The notes beneath the pieces are model-generated. The model ran no database searches. It worked only from the letters and a program-made list of their open reading frames with translations, and was not told the origin of the DNA. Positions 1 to 8,738 of a stretch of DNA of 32,000 nucleotides are shown piece after piece. This DNA is from Bdellovibrionales bacterium (GTDB taxonomy: Bacteria > Bdellovibrionota > Bdellovibrionia > Bdellovibrionales > UBA1609), in NCBI GenBank assembly GCA_965247685.1, contig OZ252021.1, positions 360,001-392,000 of the forward strand, read 5' to 3'. A program made the translations under genes and the position numbers. How positions within the stretch are numbered: position 1 is the first letter of the stretch; every line of letters starts with the position of its first letter.

Positions 1-1
1 A

Positions 2-412
2 GAACAAGAAAGAAATTGGCATCTCATTGATGCTAAGAATATGGTGCTGGGACGTTTAGCTGTTCAGGTTGCTCGACTTCTTCGTGGCAAGCACAAATTA
101 GACTGGGCTCCCTACAAAGATAACGGAGACTTTGTGATACTCATTAATGCTGATCATATTTATCTTTCTGGAAATAAATGGGCGAATAAATCTTATTACT
201 CTCATTCTCGATATGTGGGATCTTTAAAAGAGAAAAAAGCTTCTCATCTTTCTCCAGAGCTTCTTATTAAAAAAACGGTAACTGGTATGCTTCCAAAAAA
301 TAAATTAAGAGATCGTATGATGAAAAAACTAAAAGTTTATTCTCAAAGTGAACATCCTCATTCCGCTCAAAATCCGCAGGTCTACTCTTTAAAGGATTCA
401 TCTCGTGACTAA
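2..412 (+). CDS. rplM: 50S ribosomal protein L13 (5' end lies upstream of the window)
   Basis: In-frame translation from nt 2 reads EQERNWHLIDAKNMVLGRLAVQVARLLRGKHK, the conserved L13 N-terminal core. The C-terminus has HPHSAQNPQ. The ORF-track Met at 41 is internal. The stop (410-412) overlaps the rpsI GTG start. Confidence 0.93.
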   Translation, partial: EQERNWHLIDAKNMVLGRLAVQVARLLRGKHKLDWAPYKDNGDFVILINADHIYLSGNKWANKSYYSHSRYVGSLKEKKASHLSPELLIKKTVTGMLPKNKLRDRMMKKLKVYSQSEHPHSAQNPQVYSLKDSSRD

Positions 413-794
413 ATCATTGTATAGCACAGGTCGCAGAAAAACCTCTTCTGCTCGTGTATTTTTAAAACCAGGTAAAGGTCTGATGCAGATCAATAAAAAA
501 CCTGTTAACAAATATTTTCCTTATCTACAGCAGCAAAAGACTGTTCAAGCTCCTCTTAAACTCACTCAAACTTCTCAAGAAGTAGATGTAAAAATTACAG
601 TGAAAGGAGGAGGTATTACTGGACAATGCGAAGCTATTCGACATGGCTTATCTCGAGCTTTGATTGAGTACTCTGCTTCTCATAGAGAAATTTTGAAAAA
701 AAATGGATTCCTCACTCGTGATCCTAGAAGTGTGGAAAGAAAAAAATACGGGCGGCATAAGGCTCGAAAAAGCACACAATTTTCTAAACGATAA
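405..794 (+). CDS. rpsI: 30S ribosomal protein S9
   Basis: GTG start at 405 overlapping the rplM stop. YSTGRRKTSSARVFLKPGKG near the N-terminus and KARKSTQFSKR at the C-terminus are classic S9 signatures. Canonical rplM-rpsI gene order. Confidence 0.95.
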   Translation: MTKSLYSTGRRKTSSARVFLKPGKGLMQINKKPVNKYFPYLQQQKTVQAPLKLTQTSQEVDVKITVKGGGITGQCEAIRHGLSRALIEYSASHREILKKNGFLTRDPRSVERKKYGRHKARKSTQFSKR

Positions 795-840
795 TTCCAA
801 ATTATTCTACTCCGACATAGGAGCGATATACATAAGCATC

Positions 841-2082
841 TTATTCGCCGATAGAGGATAGGTCGTTTCTTGAAGACTCTTTTTCATAATAATAACGAAG
901 ATTCACATTAGACCCTTCAGGTAAAACTTGAGAAAAAGAAATAGAGTTTTCTTTTTTGTTTTTAGTCCATTCTGTCTCTATAATATTTCCAGACTTATCG
1001 GTTACCTCAACATCGATGGACACTGTATTAGAAGAATAAGGGGGAAATGCTAAAAATATCTCATTCACGCCTCTAAGCAACTGATTAGAAATCTTTCTAA
1101 AAGCTGGAGAATAATCCTCAGCACAGATATCTATGTTCATTCCTTGAGTTTGAGTCACCAATTGATTGAGCTCTGTTGAATAACCTGTATCCCAAGTGTC
1201 TTGCTTATTTAGACAACTTTGACTTTGAATAGATACGCCATACACAACCATTTCCTTATCTGTTTTACGAACACCAAAATTATCTGAAAATTGACGAAGA
1301 ACATCTTGTGTTGTTGTTGCATTTTCCTGATCCTCTTTTCTTTCAGCTTCTTCTGTCACAACAAAAAAGACTAATTGAGAGTTATCTCTAAAAACTCCAG
1401 ACTGAGAATGCCTTTCAATTACTGACTGCATAACTCTTAAAGGCTGCTCATGACTGCCTTGACAATAAGGAGGCCAGAGACAAGGATTCACATCATCTCT
1501 TTCTATAGTTTGATAAAAAACATGTTCATACAAAGGAACAGTAGAATCTAAAAATTTACGATTCAGAATTTTTTTATTTAACTGAAGGGGCATAAATCTC
1601 CCAAACTTAGGCTCCTCACCCTCATAGTCTTGCCAAACAGCAGACTGAGGAAACTCTTGATAGCCCTCTGGACAATAGAACTTCCATTCACCAGGTGATA
1701 CCATTTTTTTTCTAAGCTTGTCAGGAGTACAATAATACGTATGATCTCCATGATCTGCTGTAGTAAAATATATACGCCAATCTAAGTGACGAATAGAAGA
1801 AATTAGGGATTGGAAACCTGAGCTGATTTTTGAAAAATTATCTGCCGTAGATGGAGAAACATCTAAAATAAATACAATATCTACAGGAGAAAAAGTCCAA
1901 TTTTCTACTTTATATTCTTCAGTAAACTTGAATAAACATCTAGATTCTTCTACATAATCACAATTCTCAGAGAGCACTATAGGTTTAGAGTTTGGAGGCT
2001 TAATATAAGAAAACTGCACTGTCTCCAAGTTACAACTTAAAAGAAAAAATAAAAGAATATAAAACAAATATTTTTCAAACAT
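841..2082 (-). CDS. vWA-like (DxSxS MIDAS-type motif) lipoprotein, paralog A; function unknown
   Basis: Start moved to the internal Met (ATG at 2082): MFEKYLFYILLFFLLSC gives a signal peptide plus an L-L-S-C lipobox. VDIVFILDVSPS resembles a vWA MIDAS motif. Shares FTTADHGDH, PPYCQGSHEQPLR and TTEEAERKEDQENATTT-like blocks with the ORF at 2782-3870. Confidence 0.7.
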   Translation of the reverse strand: MFEKYLFYILLFFLLSCNLETVQFSYIKPPNSKPIVLSENCDYVEESRCLFKFTEEYKVENWTFSPVDIVFILDVSPSTADNFSKISSGFQSLISSIRHLDWRIYFTTADHGDHTYYCTPDKLRKKMVSPGEWKFYCPEGYQEFPQSAVWQDYEGEEPKFGRFMPLQLNKKILNRKFLDSTVPLYEHVFYQTIERDDVNPCLWPPYCQGSHEQPLRVMQSVIERHSQSGVFRDNSQLVFFVVTEEAERKEDQENATTTQDVLRQFSDNFGVRKTDKEMVVYGVSIQSQSCLNKQDTWDTGYSTELNQLVTQTQGMNIDICAEDYSPAFRKISNQLLRGVNEIFLAFPPYSSNTVSIDVEVTDKSGNIIETEWTKNKKENSISFSQVLPEGSNVNLRYYYEKESSRNDLSSIGE

Positions 2083-2263
2083 AAAAACCTTAACTTCTAT
2101 AGACTCTAATTTTAAGTAAGTATATATTAGAGTTTTATAATTTGCGATAAACTGCTCTATAATAGAGGGCAATTAATATTTTAAACAGCTTTTTTTTTGC
2201 AATGTGAAAAATTTACATTACATGTTTAATTTTTCAGTGATTTTTTCATTTTCAAAAGATAAA

Positions 2264-2475
2264 TTCTCAAATCCTCATTCTTATAGATATTTTCCAAATC
2301 TTCATTTTTCTCAAATCTTCATTCTTCTCAAATCTTCATTCTTCTCAAATCTTCATTCTTCTCAAATCTTCATTCTTCTCAAATCTTCATTTTTCTCAAA
2401 TCTTCATTCTTATAGATATTTTCCAAATCTTCATTTTTCTCAAATCTTCATTCTTATAGATATTTTCCAAATCTT
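2264..2475. repeat. Compound tandem repeat array: 17-bp unit A (ttctcaaatcttcattc) and 27-bp unit B (ttatagatattttccaaatcttcattt) in order A-B-A6-B-A-B(partial)
   Basis: Read directly. A units at 2264, 2308, 2325, 2342, 2359, 2376, 2393 and 2437. B units at 2281, 2410 and 2454. Both units contain the core caaatcttcatt. The array lies 180-390 bp upstream of the 841-2082 gene start (minus strand). Confidence 0.95.
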
Positions 2476-2781
2476 TCAAAAAAATTTAACCAGCCAGCTC
2501 TGAAACAATCATTTTAATGATTAAAGCAAACAGCCCCTTCCTTTTGCAAGTAAAGATCAAATCAAGTCATAATGAATCATTTTTATTAGGCAGTTGGGGG
2601 CTCAAACATTCATTGGGTGTGCTTTTATCCTGTGTTGCACAGTCCCTCAACTTCCTTCTCCAAAACCACTAATGAGTGACCTCATCCTATTCATAAAATT
2701 AAGAATGATGAAAGAGGTTTTCTTTATTGATCATTTTATATTATACAAAACAACCACTTATGATTGTTTGAGTGTGTGAAG

Positions 2782-3870
2782 TTATTTTATGCGATACTTG
2801 ATAGATACCGTCGTCCCTTCTTTAAGAGCAGGGGTGAAGACCACTTTACGTCCTTGGACTTCCCACCGAGCATTCTGCACAGGATCTATGGCTATTTCAA
2901 CAGAACCCTTTTCAGGAGTCCCTCTTTTTAAGCTCACATGGTTTCCTAAAATGCGACTTCTAATGATTTTTGAAATGCTGGCCAAGGATATACTATAATC
3001 ACTTTCACAAATACTCACATTGTGACCTTGAGTAATTTCGGCTAATCGTTTGACATATTCTCCGTATGCCACCTTGTTTCTTCTCTTTTGGTTTTTGTAA
3101 CACTGTTCATCTTGAATTAAAATTCCAAACCCGTACAAACTTTTATCCGGAAAATTAGAATTAAAAGATCGAAGGACTTCCTTTGCAGTGGTTGCATTTT
3201 TTTTATCTTCATCCCTTTCATCTTCATTGGTGATCACAATAGCTACAACATTATCAGAAGTAAAAAAATTCTGGTTTTCTCTAATCTCCATGGATGATTT
3301 TAAAGCTCTTAAAGGCTGCTCGTGATCTCCTTGGCAAAATGGAGCTAAAGAACATGTATTTTTACTGTTAATAGTTAGAGTGTCATAAAAAATAGTATCT
3401 AAAAATTCATCATTCTTGTGTAAAACAGTATCTTTCAGCAGTTTTCCTCTATACTCTAGTTTCATCAAACGACCAAAGTGAGGCTGATCACCAGAGTAAT
3501 CATCTGCGTTCTGTTCTCCTACTCTGCCTTTTCTTTTGATATGATCTCCATGATCCGCAGTCGTAAAAGCTATCTTCCATTTAAAATCTTTAATATGAGA
3601 TAAAAACGATTTCATAGAAGAGCCAAGCTTCTCTAAGTTTTTCTTCATTGAAGTTGAAACATCAAGAACAAACACTATATCGACCTCAGTTTCGGAGGCT
3701 TCCATAGTAAAGTTCTCCATCGCTATACAGTCTGCACCGCTACATTCATTATCTACCATTGAAGATTGTCGAGATAAAGACTCCAACTTGTCTTGAGGGA
3801 TCTGGGAAAACTCCAGTCCAGCAGAACAATGGAGAAGAAAGAAAATAGTGAGTAAATAAGTATGCCTCAT
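2782..3870 (-). CDS. vWA-like lipoprotein, paralog B; function unknown
   Basis: Start moved to the internal Met (ATG at 3870): MRHTYLLTIFFLLHCSAG is a signal peptide with a Cys. VDIVFVLDVSTSM, FTTADHGDH, APFCQGDHEQPLR and ITNEDERDEDKKNATTA blocks are colinear with paralog A. Confidence 0.7.
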   Translation of the reverse strand: MRHTYLLTIFFLLHCSAGLEFSQIPQDKLESLSRQSSMVDNECSGADCIAMENFTMEASETEVDIVFVLDVSTSMKKNLEKLGSSMKSFLSHIKDFKWKIAFTTADHGDHIKRKGRVGEQNADDYSGDQPHFGRLMKLEYRGKLLKDTVLHKNDEFLDTIFYDTLTINSKNTCSLAPFCQGDHEQPLRALKSSMEIRENQNFFTSDNVVAIVITNEDERDEDKKNATTAKEVLRSFNSNFPDKSLYGFGILIQDEQCYKNQKRRNKVAYGEYVKRLAEITQGHNVSICESDYSISLASISKIIRSRILGNHVSLKRGTPEKGSVEIAIDPVQNARWEVQGRKVVFTPALKEGTTVSIKYRIK

Positions 3871-3960
3871 GCTCTTTTTAACGGAATATCGACCTGAACT
3901 ATTGAGCAGTTCCATAAAAATTAGACTTATAGAGGGCAACAAGGGTGAGAAATTGGACGC

Positions 3961-4959
3961 TTATTTCTTTCTTTGGTAACGATCCACGACTTTTTCATGG
4001 TCTTTTAAGTTTTTAGAAAAAACATGAGTCCCATCATTACGACTCACAAAGTAAAAATAATCTGTTTTTTCTGGATTAAAAACAGCTCTTATAGCCTCTC
4101 GTCCCGGGTTAGCAATAGGACCTTTTGGAAAACGTTTCACAGTGTATGTGTTATAGGGAGTGCTTCTTCGAATATCTTTTCTTCGAATATTAACAGGCAT
4201 CACACCAGTTTCCTTCAACATACCATATAAAATAGTGGGATCGCTTTGTAGTTTCATGCCAACTTCGAGGCGATTCAAAAAAACGGAGGCAATACGAGGT
4301 CTTTCCCAATCCACTCCTGTTTCTTTTTCTATAACACTAGCTAAAATCACTACCTCATGTCGTGTTAAATGGGAATCGTAAGCACGGCTCAATTGATCAT
4401 AATGAGTTAAAAATTCTTGTACCATTATATTAATCAATTGTTTTTCAGAAATTTGTCGAGTCAACTTATATGTGTTGGGGTAAAGATACCCCTCTAAACT
4501 ATCCAGTTTTTGATTTAATAAAGAAAAAATAAAATCTTCATTTTGACAAAGTTCTAAAAATTTTTTCTTATTTAGTTTTAAGGGTGACTTTGCAATCAGG
4601 TTAGATATTTCAAACATGTTGATACCCTCTGGAAAGGTCAGATCATAAGTGATTACTTTTCCTTTAGATAGATGGGTAAAAATATCCAATGCTGATTGAT
4701 GAGGAGACAAAGAATACTCTCCAGCTTTAAACACAGTCCATTTCATAAACCATTGATAAGGGAAAAAGTAATAAATCAAACCTTGATTTTTGAGTTTTTG
4801 AATCGTGTGAAAATTAGACATTCCAGAGGGAATACTCACAATTTGAATCTTTGCATCTTGCAGGAAAAAAGAAGGTGGTGCAAAAAAAGCAAAAACACAC
4901 AAAAATAAACCTATGGCATGTAAGATACAAAATTGAATTAATCTTTTTTTTATCATCAT
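3961..4959 (-). CDS. mltG: Endolytic murein transglycosylase MltG (YceG-like)
   Basis: N-terminal TM helix. Conserved YceG/MltG C-terminal block STPYNTYTVKRFPKGPIANPGREAIRAVFNPEKTDYFYFVS. Length (332 aa) is typical. Confidence 0.85.
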   Translation of the reverse strand: MMIKKRLIQFCILHAIGLFLCVFAFFAPPSFFLQDAKIQIVSIPSGMSNFHTIQKLKNQGLIYYFFPYQWFMKWTVFKAGEYSLSPHQSALDIFTHLSKGKVITYDLTFPEGINMFEISNLIAKSPLKLNKKKFLELCQNEDFIFSLLNQKLDSLEGYLYPNTYKLTRQISEKQLINIMVQEFLTHYDQLSRAYDSHLTRHEVVILASVIEKETGVDWERPRIASVFLNRLEVGMKLQSDPTILYGMLKETGVMPVNIRRKDIRRSTPYNTYTVKRFPKGPIANPGREAIRAVFNPEKTDYFYFVSRNDGTHVFSKNLKDHEKVVDRYQRKK

Positions 4960-5012
4960 ATTAACGACCTTTCTAAGGCTTTGAATCTTTTGAGATAACG
5001 GTCAAGAGATTT

Positions 5013-5828
5013 TCAAGTTTTCCGAACATTTAATATCTCTCGAAGTCCATCCCCCAAAAGGTGAAAACCTAAAATCAATAAAAACAAACAAATGCCAGGA
5101 AAAAAACTTAAGTGAGGAGCTTCGACCAAAGAAAGTCTTCCTGCACGTAACAAAGTTCCCCAAGTGGGAATGTCGGGACTTATTCCAATACCCAAAAAAC
5201 TCAAGCCTGATTCCGTCAATATCACCCCCGCTAGGGTGAGAGTCACTTGGACTGTTAAAATGGGGAAAATATTAGGCCATATATGCTTGATCATTTTCCT
5301 TAAAAAGGAAGCTCCTAAAGTGTGAACGCTTAACACAAATTCTTTTTGTTTGAGATGCATGACCTCACCACGAACAAGCCGCGCATAAGAAGCCCATGTC
5401 GTCAAACTCATCACCATGATCAAACTGAAGATGGATGAACCTAAGACTGCCATTAAGGACATAGCTAATAAAAAATTTGGAAAAGCATAAACCATATCCA
5501 CAATTCTCATTAAAACTACATCTAATGTGTTGCCAAAGTAACCAGATAAAGATCCCACTGTTAGACCTATAAAAAGGCTGATCAAAACAACACTTAATGA
5601 AACTACAAAACTCACTCGAGAACCCGTAAGGACTTGACGAAAAACGTCTCTTCCATATTCATCTAATCCGAAAAGGTGATGCCAACTAGGAGTTTCAAAA
5701 CTACGAGATAAATCCATAGTTTCCACAGTTGGAAAAAATAGAGAAGCAATGGAAATACTCATCAGCATAAAGACCAAAAAAAGTCCTACATTCAATTTCC
5801 AAGACTTGTGAATCACATCAAAAAACAT
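5013..5828 (-). CDS. Peptide/nickel-family ABC transporter permease (DppC/OppC-like)
   Basis: Multi-TM protein of 271 aa with the BPD-transporter loop region (SYARLVRGEVMHLKQKEFV). Immediately follows the DppB/OppB-like permease. Confidence 0.8.
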   Translation of the reverse strand: MFFDVIHKSWKLNVGLFLVFMLMSISIASLFFPTVETMDLSRSFETPSWHHLFGLDEYGRDVFRQVLTGSRVSFVVSLSVVLISLFIGLTVGSLSGYFGNTLDVVLMRIVDMVYAFPNFLLAMSLMAVLGSSIFSLIMVMSLTTWASYARLVRGEVMHLKQKEFVLSVHTLGASFLRKMIKHIWPNIFPILTVQVTLTLAGVILTESGLSFLGIGISPDIPTWGTLLRAGRLSLVEAPHLSFFPGICLFLLILGFHLLGDGLREILNVRKT

Positions 5829-5829
5829 T

Positions 5830-6750
5830 TTATGACCTCATTTTTGGATTAATAATAAAGTAAGTGACATCTGCTAAAATATTTACAACTAAATAAATTA
5901 AAGTAATCACAAGAACACACGCCTGTATTACAGGATAATCTCTCCTGGAGATAGATTGAAAAAATAATAACCCTAAACCCGGCCAATCGAAAATAATTTC
6001 AACAATGACCACCCCTGAGAGTAAAGCAGCAAATTGGAGACTTATGATAGTCACAAGTGGAACTAAAGAAGGTTTAAAAGCATGTTTAAAATAAATTTTT
6101 AGAAAACCAAGCCCTTTAGAACGAGCTGTTCGAATATAGTCTTGATGAATAATTTCTAATAAGGAAGCCCGACTCATTTGGCAAAGTGCTGAGCCAAGAG
6201 GAAGAGATAAGCTTACAGAAGGAAGGATATAATGACTCCAATCATTTTGTTCACTCACCGGAAGTAAAGGCCAATAAATCGCAAAAACCCATATCAACAA
6301 TGGAGCAACAAAAAAAATAGGAAGGGAAAAACCACAAACACTCACTAATGAACTCCATCGATCGAGTAGTGAATTGCGGTAGATGGCACTGAAAACACCC
6401 AAAGGAACTCCCCATAAAATAGAAAGCAGTAAAGAACTCAAAGTGAGCCAAAGAGTTGGTAAAAAAGCAGTTTGAATATGCTCAAACACTGGTCTTTGAT
6501 CGTAAATAGAAGCTCCTAAATCCAGAAGAAACACTTTTTGAATATATTGAATGTATTGCTTCCATAACGGTTGATCGAGCCCCATTTGTTTTCTTAATTG
6601 TTGGTAATCTATAGAGGAAGCCTGTTCGCCTAAGATGAGATCCACTGGATCTCCAGGAACTAAATGAATAAGAATGAAACTAAAGCTGACTAAACCAACA
6701 ATAGCAATAAAGCTAAAAATCAATCGGCGAAATACTTTACGATAACTCAT
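5830..6750 (-). CDS. Peptide/nickel-family ABC transporter permease (DppB/OppB-like)
   Basis: The N-terminus (RRLIFSFIAIVGLVSFSFILIHLVPGDPVDLILGE) is the typical DppB/OppB opening. QDYIRTARSKGL is the EAA-loop region. 306 aa. The start overlaps the nagZ stop in an ATGA. Confidence 0.82.
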   Translation of the reverse strand: MSYRKVFRRLIFSFIAIVGLVSFSFILIHLVPGDPVDLILGEQASSIDYQQLRKQMGLDQPLWKQYIQYIQKVFLLDLGASIYDQRPVFEHIQTAFLPTLWLTLSSLLLSILWGVPLGVFSAIYRNSLLDRWSSLVSVCGFSLPIFFVAPLLIWVFAIYWPLLPVSEQNDWSHYILPSVSLSLPLGSALCQMSRASLLEIIHQDYIRTARSKGLGFLKIYFKHAFKPSLVPLVTIISLQFAALLSGVVIVEIIFDWPGLGLLFFQSISRRDYPVIQACVLVITLIYLVVNILADVTYFIINPKMRS

Positions 6751-7790
6751 TGGTTCTTTCCTGACATTTTACTGTTCATTCTTTTAAACCACAAATCTCT
6801 TTTAGGAGTGAGGCGAGGAGAAGGAGAGGTAAGATACATGAAATGCTTCTTTTTAAAATTTTTAATTTCTTTTTGACGATTCTCAAGCCAAGGACACTTT
6901 TTATGACTTTTTAAATAAGAAAGCACCTTTTTTGTCATCTCTAGACTTTGTCCTGAAATAAACATATGCACCCCCGCCTTCAAAGACTGCTCCATCCAAT
7001 CCGCACTCACATCATTTCTCACAGCAGCCATCTCTAAATCATCAGAAACAATAAGACCTTTAAATCCTAAATAATTTTTTAATAAATCTTGCACAATAAA
7101 AGGAGAAAGGGGAGCAATTCTTTGACTATCTAACGAAGGATATAGAATGTGAGCGAGCATGATACTGGAAACTTGAGAACTGATGAGTGAGCGAAAAGGA
7201 AAGATCGATTCTAAAAGAATACGGTTGAAGCTTCTTAAATCCCGAGGCAAAACAAGGTGAGAGTCTTTAGATGTTCCCCCATGCCCTGGAAAGTGTTTTC
7301 CACAAGTGAGCACTTGGGCTCGATGTGCCCCTTGGATCACAGATTTTCCAACTTGTCCTACCTTAAAAGGACTCCTTGAAAAGGTTCGACCTTTAAGCAC
7401 CTCACTGTCAAAAACCGGCACATCTACACAAGGACTCCAATTCATATTGATGCCAATATGTTTTAATTCATGATGCAAATAGAAGCTTGTTTGTTCAATA
7501 TCCCATAAATCCAAAGAAGCAAGAACGCTTGGGTTTGGCCAAGGATAAAATTCTTTTAAATGCTTCAACCGATCGACCACGCCACCTTCTCGGTCAATAG
7601 AAATAATTAAAGGTGAGGAAATTTTAAGAGTTTTTAATTCCTTAATCAATTCTTTAATAGATAGATAAGAGGAGCAGTTTCTTTTAAAAAGAATTATTCC
7701 CCCAATATTTTCTTGCTCTATGATTTTTTTTTCTTCCAGGGTTAAACTCTCCCCTTTTAAACCCATGATAATAAAAGATCCAAAACTCAT
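6747..7790 (-). CDS. nagZ: Beta-N-acetylhexosaminidase (GH3, NagZ-like)
   Basis: GH3 signature KHFPGHGGTSKDSH, IISIDREGG and VSDDLEMAA. The size of about 347 aa is typical of NagZ. Confidence 0.82.
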   Translation of the reverse strand: MSFGSFIIMGLKGESLTLEEKKIIEQENIGGIILFKRNCSSYLSIKELIKELKTLKISSPLIISIDREGGVVDRLKHLKEFYPWPNPSVLASLDLWDIEQTSFYLHHELKHIGINMNWSPCVDVPVFDSEVLKGRTFSRSPFKVGQVGKSVIQGAHRAQVLTCGKHFPGHGGTSKDSHLVLPRDLRSFNRILLESIFPFRSLISSQVSSIMLAHILYPSLDSQRIAPLSPFIVQDLLKNYLGFKGLIVSDDLEMAAVRNDVSADWMEQSLKAGVHMFISGQSLEMTKKVLSYLKSHKKCPWLENRQKEIKNFKKKHFMYLTSPSPRLTPKRDLWFKRMNSKMSGKNQ

Positions 7791-8026
7791 ATTATTCCTT
7801 TCGAATATTAGATTTGTTTTTAGCAGTTTATCTTCTCTTTTAATTTTTATATAAATTAAAATCGTTTAATAACGCAACATGTTTAATAAAAATCACTAAA
7901 TAAAGACTCTCAATTTTAAAATTATCCAACTGTGAATTGAACAGCTTATTTTTCTTTATTATAAATCAACGTAATCTATTTCAGTTTTTAATAAGTTTGA
8001 ATTCTGTTTCTTTTTTGGAGGTTATA

Positions 8027-8542
8027 ATGAAATGGACACTGTTGTTATTTTCATCCGTCGCATTTCTCATCAGTTGTCAAACTGCACCTCAACTCACTTC
8101 CAATCAGAGAAGAGTGATACAAACCAAACATTTTGTTGCTGCCTCTTATGAGAATGTTTTTCGATCTTTTAAAACTGTATTGCAAGATGAAGGATATATC
8201 ATCATGAACCAAGATAAAGATGGAGGATTAATTGTTGCAGAAGCCACTGAAACAATCCCTTTTTCAAATCATACGCTTGCTTCTAAAACGATGAACCATC
8301 CTTTTATGTTAAAGACTACACCTCCTCAACAAACCCCGGCAGTCAAAACTTTATTAGCCTCTATCAACTTAGAGTCTGTTTCGAAAGATTTAGTAGAAGC
8401 TCGAATAGTGCTAAGAGAAAAAGATATATATGTGAATGGAATGAGAACAGGACGGGAAATTATTAATCCTCGACAATACAGAAACCTCTTTGTTCAAGTG
8501 TTACGGCAAATTGAGTACAGAAAAGCTTTAGGACATCTGTAA
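8027..8542 (+). CDS. Putative lipoprotein, function unknown
   Basis: Start moved to ATG 8027, preceded by GGAGG (8018-8022). MKWTLLLFSSVAFLISC gives a signal peptide plus a lipobox-like L-I-S-C. Confidence 0.6.
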   Translation: MKWTLLLFSSVAFLISCQTAPQLTSNQRRVIQTKHFVAASYENVFRSFKTVLQDEGYIIMNQDKDGGLIVAEATETIPFSNHTLASKTMNHPFMLKTTPPQQTPAVKTLLASINLESVSKDLVEARIVLREKDIYVNGMRTGREIINPRQYRNLFVQVLRQIEYRKALGHL

Positions 8543-8562
8543 GTTAATCTTTCGAAAAAAAT

Positions 8563-8651
8563 TGGTGCGCCTGGAGTGACTTGAACACTCATGTTTAAAA
8601 GAAAACACCAGGCCCTCAACCTGGCCTGTCTACCAATTCCAGCACAGGCGC
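8563..8651 (-). tRNA. tRNA-Leu (anticodon GAG), type II with long variable arm, encoded CCA
   Basis: The reverse complement folds by hand. Acceptor GCGCCTG/CAGGCGC. D stem CTG/CAG. Anticodon stem CCAGG/CCTGG with loop TTGAGGG. Variable arm TGTTT/AAACA. T stem GAGTG/CACTC with loop TTCAAGT. 3' ACCA. Confidence 0.9.
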
Positions 8652-8738
8652 AATTTCGAAAAAGTTATCATAAAATCGTGAAGTACACAAAAACTGTTCA
8701 TGATTTTTTGATACTGTTGTTTAAAAAATTATTTTTGG

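Noticed and set aside
2264-2475. Possible CRISPR array
   Set aside because: The units abut without unique spacers and are only 17/27 bp long. There are no cas genes nearby.
2204-2503. 99-aa ORF with repetitive translation (SQIFILLKSSFFSNLH...)
   Set aside because: It is the 17/27-bp tandem array read in frame (3 x 17 = 51 nt periodicity). There is no start context and the composition is not protein-like.
2594-2779. 61-aa ORF in the spacer between the repeat array and paralog B
   Set aside because: It is short, has no SD and has no recognisable features. The region is more likely the 3' UTR/terminator region of the minus-strand gene.
2789-6451. Antisense or overlapping ORFs 2789-2998, 4024-4230, 4160-4381, 4696-4908, 6251-6451
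   Set aside because: They lie entirely inside longer ORFs with clear family signatures on the opposite strand or another frame.
8563-8651. tRNA-Leu as the integration site of the island
   Set aside because: The integrase is 7.6 kb away and is separated from the tRNA by core-like genes (tonB-like, ggt, hsp20). I found no copy of the tRNA 3' end elsewhere in the window.
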